This document shows, in pieces, positions 21,178 through 30,248 of a stretch of DNA of 64,000 nucleotides (its first letter is position 1; each line of letters starts with the position of its first letter). Source of the DNA: Candidatus Bathyarchaeota archaeon (GTDB lineage: Archaea > Thermoproteota > Bathyarchaeia > Bathyarchaeales > Bathycorpusculaceae); the NCBI GenBank assembly GCA_963826715.1, contig CAWGYA010000008.1, positions 480,001 to 544,000 of the forward strand, in the 5' to 3' direction. The notes beneath the pieces are model-generated. The model was not told where the DNA came from, searched no databases, and saw only the letters and a program-made list of their open reading frames with translations. The translations under genes and the position numbers were made by a program.

Positions 21178-21578
21178 CTATTTTATGAAAGAAGTTGTGT
21201 AGCCGTACCCTTCTATTCTGATTACCTGTAGATCAATGGAGGCATCAAATGAAAAAGGAGTTTCAGATTTGAGATTTGGTACTGCTTGACAATCTGTTAG
21301 GGTGAAACTGTGCCCTTTACCTGTTACATCTACTGTTCCCAATTCTTTAGATAGGTTTATCCATGAACCATTGTAGGCTAGGTAACTTACAGTTGCTTCA
21401 CAGTTATAGAGAACTCCATCGGTTTTGAATTGCAGAGTAGCTCCAACATAATCACTTGAGATTTGCATTAAAGTTCCCGCATAGGAGAGTGAAACTTGTT
21501 TCTCAAAAATACAAATACTGAAAATAAAATAACTTCAACAATAACAACTGATAAGCCAATTATTACTTTCTTCTTCAT
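21178..21578 (-). pseudogene. Small membrane-anchored protein, frameshifted in a T-run near 21507
   Basis: MKKKVIIGLSVVIVEVILFSVFVF joins (F)EKQVSLSYAGTLMQISSD... if one T is added. Confidence 0.6.
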
Positions 21579-21808
21579 ATTTATTTTAATACTTCGATTA
21601 TAACTTAAAAGCTTAAGCTTACTGAATTAAGTGTTTTTTCTAGACTTTCTTTAATCATAAACTAATAAGCAACCTGATTAAATAGTGGAAGACATGCGAC
21701 CACCAGAGTTTACAGAGGTAAATAGAATAAAAGTTCTATTATGATGAGAAAGGCATTGTTGTCTTTGTGGGATTATTGGTGTATCCTTGTTTATGGAAAA
21801 CTTGGCTT

Positions 21809-22077
21809 TTAAATTCTTTCTAATAGTCTTAACTGCTGGGCATACCCTAACTCTTGATTAACAAATTGAGAGAGAACTCCATGTTCTGTTAGCAGGACAA
21901 TCATAAGGAACAATTGATGTTTTCATTCTGAATGCGCTGCTTAAACGCTTGCTCAAAGCTTAGATAGTTTTCTGCTTTGTATGGTCAAACTGGACTATTC
22001 TGCCCAAAGAATCATGAAGAAGTTGCGCTAAGTTGTTGTCTTCTCTAGCAAAGGATGAATATATTATAGCTCTTCAA
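21809..22077 (-). pseudogene. TIR-domain (TIR_2-like) gene remnant with three frameshifts
   Basis: Stitched: MKSYNIF/SFAREDNNLAQLLHDSLG.../PYKAENYLSFEQAFKQRIQNE.../MIVLLTEHGVLSQFVNQELGYA; matches the FIS..ED box and the S..V..E.G.A catalytic-Glu motif. Confidence 0.75.
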
Positions 22078-22224
22078 ATACCGATCCTCAGATTTTTAGG
22101 TTAAACATTCTTTTCAGCTATTCAGCTATAACTTTTTTGTAAGGTGTAACGCTCCAAAATTATCCTTTAGAGGACTTTATAAGCAGAGTTGACCAGTCTG
22201 GGTTCCAAACTAAGGTTGGTCAGT

Positions 22225-22607
22225 ATGAGGTATAAGTGCATAAAATTTGAATGCGCAGTTTGTGGCAAAGTTTCCACCATACAATTATTCATAAAAGCCA
22301 ATGGACAATTAGCCTATAGCAGAGCAAGACACTAAATTGGCAAAACCAATGGCAAACCCCAATTCAAATATCATCCTCAAAACATAGAATCTCTGAAAAC
22401 TTTATTAAAAACACAAAACATCAATCTGACAACTGAGAAGAGAATAAGTGGTCAAATAGGTCAAAACCAAAAAAATAAAAACCATGACCTAGAAAGCCAT
22501 GAGAAAACCTCTGCTCAGAAAAACATTGGCGGTTGTCGTCTAGTCTGGTTTAGGACTTTAGCCTTCCAAGCTAATGATCCCGGGTTCAAATCCCGGCGAC
22601 CGCACCA
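22225..22607 (+). pseudogene. CxxC ORF reading into tRNA-Gly, putative integrase N-terminal fragment Int(N); internal TAA at 22333
   Basis: MRYKCIKFECAVCGKVSTIQLF...SRARH*IGKTNGKPQFKYHPQ...; the frame stays open through the whole tRNA (GGCRLVWFRTLAFQANDPGFKSRRPH); TATA box CTTTATAAG at 22175. Confidence 0.5.
22529..22607 (+). tRNA. tRNA-Gly (anticodon TCC), CCA encoded, no intron
   Basis: Acceptor stem GCGGTTG/CGACCGC; anticodon arm TTAGC-CTTCCAA-GCTAA; T arm CCGGG-TTCAAAT-CCCGG. Confidence 0.97.
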
Positions 22608-22678
22608 ATTACATTACCACAAAAAACACTCTTTTATGTTGCAACCTTTCTTGATATTTTTCGGAAATCAGAACTTCT

Positions 22679-23155
22679 TCAATTGCGGTCATTCTTCCCA
22701 ACAAGAAAGTGGAAAAGCTTACCTAAGTCCTTCGGATTAACAAAGAAGGCGGGAACTTTATTGCGATAATTACGATAAGATTCACCAAACCGCTGCATCA
22801 ATTCTCTTTCCTCAATTAAAGTTACATGAATATAGAAACCAGCAAGAAAAATCGCAAACACCGCTAGTGAAAAAAGCGCCTCCAAGGCAAATCAGTATCG
22901 CGCCAGCATATGTAGGATGTCTAAGCACAGAATAGAGTTCATTCTGTTGAATTTTGCTCTCTTCAGGAAAGTACAGGTATAAAACAACCATGTAGTCTAA
23001 ACCAAAAAATTGGAGAGCTCTAGTGCACATTAAGAAACCTGTTAATAGGAATATTATTCCCAATCCGAATTTAAAGAAAAAGACTAATGGGGTAGTAATT
23101 CCAAAAAGTGTTTCTAGCGGTGTAGCAATGATTTGAAGCGGAGAAGATATCCAGA
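22679..23155 (-). pseudogene. ICMT/PEMT-family methyltransferase, C-terminal part (second frameshift near 22865)
   Basis: 'LYSVLRHPTYAG' and 'IEERELMQRFGESYRNYRNKVPAF' signatures; begins WISSPLQ at the TCCAGA repeat. Confidence 0.85.
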
Positions 23156-23160
23156 TACGA

Positions 23161-23174
23161 CTTATTCCCTATTT
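23161..23174 (+). repeat. Subterminal direct repeat CTTATTCCCTATTT, left copy
   Basis: Identical to 31507-31520. Confidence 0.9.
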
Positions 23175-23510
23175 CCATAATCTGATTATTAGTTTATGAA
23201 GGTTCTAAAAATCGTTTTTCTGCGCCATGTTTATCCTCAAGCGCCTCAAGGAATTCTCACGGTCGGCTGAATTGGTGTATTGGCTGGGATTCGAATCCTT
23301 CACACCGGAAAAATTAGGCATCGATAGAACTTCCAGAAACAATTACAAAACCTTCAAAGAGAAATACTATACCATCAGCAAATAGATAGGAGAAGTTGAA
23401 AGAATTATAGCTAAACAAGAATAAGTTTGTTTAACATATCTGAATATTTGTATTTTTAGCTTGTTTTGTGTCTAACGCTTATTTCTAGAATGGATTATAT
23501 AGTATAGTTC

Positions 23511-24110
23511 ATGTTTGGGTTTATAGCGGGCGTACCGCGCAGAATTAAGAACCTTTTCTCAAAATTCAAAAAACACTTCAGCAAGCCTCAATTTCAAAAC
23601 TTCTGCAGAACCGAGATAGGCTTAATGGTAGCTGGAAACGGAGAACACAACGTCAAAAGCGTCAATGAACTCTTCCTCGACAGAAAAAACCAAAGCAGCC
23701 TCAACAGATTCATAACAGATCCAAAATGGGACATCAAAGCTGTAACCAACCAAGCCAAAACCATTCTTCTTAGGAAGCAAGCCTGGGCACGTCATTTGAG
23801 TACAAGATCATCGACGATACCGTATGCCGCAAATACAACCAAAACACCCAGATGGTCGGTTACAACCATTCCTCAACCATGGGAACGGTGCTAAGCCACG
23901 ACTACATAACATCCCTCTAACTAAACCTCGCAGTTCCTGACGGCTTGAAGCTATATGCCAACCAGAAGAAGTGCCAAGAGAAAGGAATCGAGTTTAAGAC
24001 GGGACTGCAGTTGGTATGCGACATCATCATCGATGAGCACACTCCAGTGGCGAAGAGGACAACTTGGTTTTGAGATTCCTGGTTCATCTGCCAGGAAATG
24101 GCGTCAAATA
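23511..24110 (+). pseudogene. IS701/IS4-superfamily DDE transposase remnant
   Basis: 'FSKPQFQNF...QSSLNRFIT..KWD', frameshift to 'IIDDTVCRKY...SHDYITSL*', later 'FKTGLQL...*DSWF'; truncated. Confidence 0.8.
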
Positions 24111-24471
24111 AAAAGCTCGATTTAAGAAAGTTTAAACCAAAAAAATCAAGCCCTAAAAGTCGAATAAAAGCGTTAACTGATCAAAATGCATAGTGACTGA
24201 ATGATGAAAACATTTTTTTCACTCTAACCTCACTGCCAGCGCTGCAATGAGCCACTGCGGCTTAATGTTTGATATTTTAAAAAACCTATAATTCTCTCTT
24301 TGGTTGTTCTCATAAGCGGGAAAACATCTTTTTATTGAAACGCCTCCAAAAAAGTTTCTTGGCTGATAAACTTTCGAGCGGTTATTTCTTTTTCAGTATG
24401 ATAGTCAAGAAAGCTTGACTAAAAACCTTTTATACCTGCTTGTTTTTAGCCAGTTTGTGAATGAGGAAGCT

Positions 24472-25347
24472 ATGTTGAAGAAGACAATTGGCGTATTGGT
24501 TCTTTCCTTTGTTATACTGTTTAGCTTAGGGTTTGAAGTCGTTAACGCAAACCTTGTCGGTAACCCAAAACCCACGGAAAACATGCCTGAAATTTCCATT
24601 ACAGAGGACGGAAGTATCGACCCAAAAACAGCTCCAATACAGCGAAACGGAAGAACCTACACCCTAACGGGGGACATCACAAAATACCAACTCATAATCA
24701 AATGCGACAACATTATACTAGACGGCAAAGGCCATACCCTTCTAGGAAGAGGTATCGTCCCTGGAACGGATACTGCAATAACAATTGAATCTACGGCTGT
24801 AACTATTAAAAATTTTAGTATAGAAAAATTCCGAATAGGCATATATGCACCTAGTATTTATGGCTGCATTATCACAGAAAATACAATTAAAAGCGGTGAA
24901 CATGGGATAAGAATAGGTTATTCTGCTGAAAATAACAAGATTACTTATAACACCATATTGGGTGGTCTCCAAGATTATGGTTGTGGAATTAGCGTTTTCG
25001 GGTCTTACAATAGTGTTATCGGAAACAACATTTCTAATTTACGCTGTGGCATTGAGTTCGATTATGGTGACCATAATAGAGCTTCAAATAATACATTATC
25101 AAATATAAAGGAAACATACATCGATATTTCATCCGCTCCAGATACATTTTTAGAAAACAATATATTGCCCGTTGCTTCACCGAGCCCAACAGCCACATCT
25201 GCAACTACAACGACCAGCACACCACCGTCTGTAGGTTCTTATTACTTGTCCATTTCAACACTCCTAATATTAGGCTTGGTCGCAATAGTTGTTGTAGTCG
25301 GTTTAGTAATTCTGATAGTCTATAGAAGGTATCAAGAAAAAAGTTAG
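24472..25347 (+). CDS. NosD/CASH parallel beta-helix surface protein with C-terminal TM anchor
   Basis: 'YTLTGDI...DNIILDGKGHTL' and repeated 'GI.I....NN.I..N.I'; T/P linker; TM helix; start moved to ATG 24472. Confidence 0.85.
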   Translation: MLKKTIGVLVLSFVILFSLGFEVVNANLVGNPKPTENMPEISITEDGSIDPKTAPIQRNGRTYTLTGDITKYQLIIKCDNIILDGKGHTLLGRGIVPGTDTAITIESTAVTIKNFSIEKFRIGIYAPSIYGCIITENTIKSGEHGIRIGYSAENNKITYNTILGGLQDYGCGISVFGSYNSVIGNNISNLRCGIEFDYGDHNRASNNTLSNIKETYIDISSAPDTFLENNILPVASPSPTATSATTTTSTPPSVGSYYLSISTLLILGLVAIVVVVGLVILIVYRRYQEKS

Positions 25348-25548
25348 CACTGGCCATATGTGTCATTATTTGTTACAATTAGGATATCGTAAGATTACTA
25401 TTTTATTCATTTTTTTAACAACATCGGAAGTGGAATGGCATTTGTAGTTAATAAATGACTCCGCGGCTTCATCTACTTAAACACAAAATATGTGACAAAC
25501 AGTAAATATGAGAAGCACGCAAGCAGCGATTGTTAGGTGTGATCAATA

Positions 25549-28500
25549 GTGAAGTTGGCTAATAAAGACTTGGTTATACTTGGTTTTATTATTGCCTTGC
25601 TTACTTCCATGGTTTACGTGTATACGCTCCCTACAGCTTTTGCAGCCGAGCTAAATGTCCAAGATAAAACAATATCAGTTTTAAACGATGTAATGGGTCT
25701 AAAGACAGATCTGTATGCAATTAATCAGAGTGCGCAAAGAGATAGTCAGCATATTAGTCTTGCCCAAGAAGAAGCCAACGTTTACTTGTCTTCTAGCCAG
25801 AGCAAACTCAGAGTAAGCTGCTCCTTTGTGAATAACCAGTTACACGAGATTTATTTAAGCGATCAAGAAGGAAGTCTCGCATTAAAGCAATCCGCTGCAA
25901 ACTCGGTTGAAATGGCTAAAAGTTTCTTAGAACGATTCCAAAACTACACGCGTGACTCTTTCTATGGCTCACTTTCTGCAATACTAAACGATACCAATGG
26001 AAATTTAAACATAACTAAACCTTCAGACAACATACAACTTAGGGTTACGACTACTGACCAGAATAACTCTGATTACATTTGGACATACATTGATGCAAAC
26101 GGAACTAGAGCTGACAGAAAAAACATTGTTCTGAGCTATGAAGGAGGACAGCTGAAAGGGTTCTTAAACAATTGGCCACTGTACAAGATATCAGGTACTC
26201 CTAAGATTTCAGCGAAGGAAGCTACTGCAATAGCTATTGAAGCTTCCAAAAACTTTTCTTATCAAGTAATCTCCGAAAATGGAACATTAGAGACTGTTAC
26301 TGAATTCAAGATTGCGCCGGAGTCGTTGGGTCATGAATCAATAGCTTACCTAAACTACAATAATGAGATTGATGCACGAGGTAGAGACCCCTTTACATTG
26401 TATCCTGCATGGTATGTTCCAATAGGCTTTGACAAGTTCTACCCAGGCGATGTTTCCAGCATGGCGGTTATAATTTGGGCTGACACCGGTGAAGTGAGTG
26501 CGATGCAAGAGCTTGTCGTTGACAGCGGATTAGCACGCTCAAGCATGGATGAAACCATTAATTCCCAAGAGATTTCCAACGGATTTAGTCAACAATTACT
26601 TATTCCAATCGCAATATTCAGTGGACTTCTATTTGGCGTGATAAAATCGACGTCAAGTAGAGGCAAGATTGCTTATCGAAGATTCTGGGGGATTCTCATT
26701 TGCATATCAATTCTCTTCAGTGCATTGCTTGTAGTGTCGTCACCAAGTGTCAGCGCAAGTACACCGGCGCACAATAGCAAATCTCGAATATACTCATGTG
26801 AAGGCACAGAGGATGGTTATAATAATGATGATGCTGATACACAGGAGGAAAGCGCAACGGCAGAAGTATGCAATTACATAGGAAACCTAACTGAAGATTA
26901 TGGATATGATACGACGAACTTACATGGGTCTGGTACAGTTTATGGAGATGTATATGATAACGCTTATTCCGACGAGCAGAATTATGACCGAACGACGGTA
27001 TTTCATGCTGGTCATTTTTCATCTTTGGGTCGTTCTTATCAGGATTGCAACGGCCGCCCAATAAGAGACATAAACTTGACTGCTGAAACAGGCTTGGGTG
27101 AGCATTTCTTTACATTCTTATGGATATGTGTTCAAGCACACAATCCAGTTGTTGATGGAACTGTGAGATGTTACGATACTATCCTGCCTTCTGAGGATCC
27201 CGGAACACCCATTGGTTGGACTCATAGAGACGGCAGTGATAACCACCCATTTATGAGTTCTGATGGCTATGCACGGCCCGATTCCTATGGTCAATGCTAC
27301 ATAAGCTTCTATGGTTATTCACCTATGCTAAGCGGTTTGCCCATCAATACTTTTTTTGAGCAAACAGGAGTCACAAATTGCAAGGAGTTTATAAAGAAAT
27401 TCTACGACTATGCCCTAACTGATGGCTTATCTGTACATGATGCATTAGATCAAGCCTCAAGTGACTACTTTGGAGTGTACTACTCAAGTAGCCTACTTAG
27501 CACAGGCTATAACGCCTATTGGCCAGGTGGTGATAATCAACCTCCTTTAAACAAAACAGGCTACTATCCTAAGGATTTTTTCCCCGAGGAGCCATTGAAT
27601 CAGATGAGGGTATATGGCGATGCAAGCATACACCTTGTTCCTCAAACTGAAACTATTTCGGTTGACTATTTCAGTGGGACATACGATGTCTGGAATGAAG
27701 TTGGGGCTTCGCCGTACTTACAGGAAGGCGTCAGTAACTTCATATACGAAAGCGGAAACGATACTGGAGATGCTGAAGCTTTCTTCTACTTCTCAAACCC
27801 CACCAATGGGCAAGGCAAGATAGAATCGGTAAAACTAAAATTATTTTGCGGGCAAACCGATCCTCAAAGTCGTATGCAGTTTAATGCCTCAGTAGCGCAA
27901 GCCAAAAACACCACCCTTACCAGTTCTTCGTATGTTTTCTACCAAAACTACATAGTCACGCCCCAGTATGGCCCCTACTACGGTGATGGTGCATGGGAGG
28001 ACATCGACATCACTTCTTGGGTGAATTCCTGGGAGACACTTGACAACGTACGATTAAAATTTGTCTATAGAAGCTACTATGGAAGCTATGAGGTTAAGGT
28101 ATACACTGCACAGATAGAAATTACGTATTGGCCCACAGTTGGATGTGAAAGAGACATAGTGATTTTTGGCAACGAAACCAGTTACCCATGGCTGGGCGAC
28201 TGGGCTGATATGCTCTATAACTTTGGCTACAACTACGCCATAGTAGATCCAAGCCAGGTATCTCATGGAATAATAAGTAAAGCGCACGCGTTAATTGTTG
28301 CGCCAAACATTGTTAACGAGCTTCCTGGAAGATTTAACCTCTGGGGCGCAAGCCTTATCCAAGAAGCCAGCGTCGATATCCCGGTTTTATGCCACATGTT
28401 CAGCTACACCTCCCAAGTCTACAGGCAAGACGACACCAACTACGGTGACGGATGGGGACCTTTGCAAGCCTCGTATAAACATTCAAACGCTACCTCAGTC

Positions 28501-30192
28501 AAAGACCCCTCAGGCGCTGACATGCAGAACATAACCTTCAACATGGATTGGAGCTACTTTCCCAACGGCGCAGTCGTGCCTTTCTACAGCGATGCCGACG
28601 GTTACTTGCGAACAGTCAATTCTAATTCAGCCTACTGGAACAGCTACGCCTCACACACCATAGTGGCAAAAGAGTATGGAAGCCAAAACTACGCAGCGAT
28701 AGTGCATGGAGACTTCTATGGCGGAGAAGGTATCTTAGCAGTTGATCTTGAAGCAATTTTTTCTAATGATTGGAACTGTAGAAATCTAATTTTCTATCCT
28801 TGGCTTGATAAAGTGGACTTTGAGATTGGCTATGACAAATGTCCAACAAGCAATTACCTGAAGCATTGGTACGCTAACGGCTATGAATTCATATCATTCT
28901 CTGACATCCAAAATGCAATAACAAGCATAGACAACAACGATGATGGTGAAGTGTCAACTTTTAGCCTTGGTACAAGCGTTCAAGGAAGAGATATAACCGC
29001 TCTTCAAATAGGCTCTGGCAGCGAGGTGGTCCTGATAGTTGCTGGTATCCATGGAAATGAGAAGGCGGCAGTGGCTGGCGCACTCAACCTTGCACACGTC
29101 TTTGACAACCTGTATCAAACTGCCCCCAACTGGAAGCATATACTTGATAACCACATTCGGATTGTGCTTGTGCCCTGCAATAATCCTGATGGGTATGTAA
29201 GTAACACTCGCGAAAACGCCAACGGGGTGGATGTTAACAGAAACTATGACTATGGGTCAGACACACCTTTTAATCAGCCAGAAACAAGAGCGATAAGCAA
29301 CTTCGTGGGCAATAACACGATAAAAGCATATGTGGGTTTTCACATGGGAGAAGCCCAGGTATACTTAGTTGAGGCTACTACAACAGGCATTAACAGACAT
29401 GACTACCCATACAGGGACCAAGCGTACATGCTTGGTTACAGAACAAACGAGACGTTGGTTAACGAAGCAAAAATTTTCCATGGATTTTACATTCGACTTC
29501 AAGGTGTAGGAGACTCTCAAACGTTAATGGGTCAGGCGTTCAACGGAACTCAGGCGTTGCATGTGATGCTAAATGAGGATTGCCCAGCGGTTACTTTTGA
29601 AACGCTACCGGGTTTTGATGGGAATGATCCTTCTAAGTCTTCTGCAAGACTTATGGGCACTTCAATTATTCAGATTACGGTTGTTGGAATGGAGCTTTCT
29701 CATTGGCGTTATGAAACGTTGGTTCCTTGGGGTGAGGGAGCATATCTTGAGTTTAGTTATCTGTCTGGCGGTACTTCTCACTACTTAAAGGTCGATGACA
29801 ACACGGATGTGGGAGATGGCGATAGTACTTGGGTTGGTTCAAACTCTTACAATATTGAGCGTGACACCTATTCCGTTCCAAGTTTAAGTGGTTATAGTTC
29901 AGGGATGAGTATTGGCAAAGTTGCCGTTTATGTAGTGGCTAGGGGTACAACTGGGCCTAGTATTGTTTTGCCTGCGTTGCAGACGCAGTCTACTTTCTAT
30001 TCGGGAACTGACCAGAACATTGTTATTACTTATTCAAGGGTTAACTATACGTGGCCGGTTAATCCCAACACTGGGGCGGCATGGACTAACAGTGACATCG
30101 ATAGTCTGCAGGTTGGCCAGAAAGCCGATCATGCTGCACTAAGAGTGACTGAAGTGTATGCTGTGATAGAATATGACCAACTTCACAGTTGA
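25549..30192 (+). CDS. 1547-aa modular secreted protein: PepSY-like region, internal TM + signal peptide, clan-CD-like domain, beta-rich domains, M14 zinc carboxypeptidase
   Basis: M14 motifs GIHGNE (H1168/E1171), NPDG, RENANGVDVNRNY, QPETRA, GFH (H1265), TFE (E1351); see findings for the other domains. Confidence 0.85.
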   Translation: MKLANKDLVILGFIIALLTSMVYVYTLPTAFAAELNVQDKTISVLNDVMGLKTDLYAINQSAQRDSQHISLAQEEANVYLSSSQSKLRVSCSFVNNQLHEIYLSDQEGSLALKQSAANSVEMAKSFLERFQNYTRDSFYGSLSAILNDTNGNLNITKPSDNIQLRVTTTDQNNSDYIWTYIDANGTRADRKNIVLSYEGGQLKGFLNNWPLYKISGTPKISAKEATAIAIEASKNFSYQVISENGTLETVTEFKIAPESLGHESIAYLNYNNEIDARGRDPFTLYPAWYVPIGFDKFYPGDVSSMAVIIWADTGEVSAMQELVVDSGLARSSMDETINSQEISNGFSQQLLIPIAIFSGLLFGVIKSTSSRGKIAYRRFWGILICISILFSALLVVSSPSVSASTPAHNSKSRIYSCEGTEDGYNNDDADTQEESATAEVCNYIGNLTEDYGYDTTNLHGSGTVYGDVYDNAYSDEQNYDRTTVFHAGHFSSLGRSYQDCNGRPIRDINLTAETGLGEHFFTFLWICVQAHNPVVDGTVRCYDTILPSEDPGTPIGWTHRDGSDNHPFMSSDGYARPDSYGQCYISFYGYSPMLSGLPINTFFEQTGVTNCKEFIKKFYDYALTDGLSVHDALDQASSDYFGVYYSSSLLSTGYNAYWPGGDNQPPLNKTGYYPKDFFPEEPLNQMRVYGDASIHLVPQTETISVDYFSGTYDVWNEVGASPYLQEGVSNFIYESGNDTGDAEAFFYFSNPTNGQGKIESVKLKLFCGQTDPQSRMQFNASVAQAKNTTLTSSSYVFYQNYIVTPQYGPYYGDGAWEDIDITSWVNSWETLDNVRLKFVYRSYYGSYEVKVYTAQIEITYWPTVGCERDIVIFGNETSYPWLGDWADMLYNFGYNYAIVDPSQVSHGIISKAHALIVAPNIVNELPGRFNLWGASLIQEASVDIPVLCHMFSYTSQVYRQDDTNYGDGWGPLQASYKHSNATSVKDPSGADMQNITFNMDWSYFPNGAVVPFYSDADGYLRTVNSNSAYWNSYASHTIVAKEYGSQNYAAIVHGDFYGGEGILAVDLEAIFSNDWNCRNLIFYPWLDKVDFEIGYDKCPTSNYLKHWYANGYEFISFSDIQNAITSIDNNDDGEVSTFSLGTSVQGRDITALQIGSGSEVVLIVAGIHGNEKAAVAGALNLAHVFDNLYQTAPNWKHILDNHIRIVLVPCNNPDGYVSNTRENANGVDVNRNYDYGSDTPFNQPETRAISNFVGNNTIKAYVGFHMGEAQVYLVEATTTGINRHDYPYRDQAYMLGYRTNETLVNEAKIFHGFYIRLQGVGDSQTLMGQAFNGTQALHVMLNEDCPAVTFETLPGFDGNDPSKSSARLMGTSIIQITVVGMELSHWRYETLVPWGEGAYLEFSYLSGGTSHYLKVDDNTDVGDGDSTWVGSNSYNIERDTYSVPSLSGYSSGMSIGKVAVYVVARGTTGPSIVLPALQTQSTFYSGTDQNIVITYSRVNYTWPVNPNTGAAWTNSDIDSLQVGQKADHAALRVTEVYAVIEYDQLHS

Positions 30193-30193
30193 C

Positions 30194-30248
30194 TTTTTTT
30201 TCTTTTTGAACACCGTATTTCGCTTACCCAAAAATATTACGGTGTTCA
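30194..30248 (+). terminator. Oligo-T terminator followed by an 11-bp inverted repeat
   Basis: T-tract right after the stop; TGAACACCGTA (30207-30217) and TACGGTGTTCA (30238-30248). Confidence 0.6.

Larger units (their letters stand above)
19925..22607. mobile_element. Decayed tRNA-Gly-associated integrative element / defence islet (left boundary uncertain)
   Basis: Int(C) remnant on the left and Int(N)-like ORF running into the tRNA on the right, on the same strand; AT-rich; HEPN and TIR pseudogenes between them. Confidence 0.55.

Noticed and set aside
23434-24110. IS701-like remnant as the mobiliser of the 8.4-kb insertion (composite transposon)
   Set aside because: Single truncated copy several hundred bp inside the left end, no partner at the right end, and the element ends lack TIRs; more likely a secondary insertion
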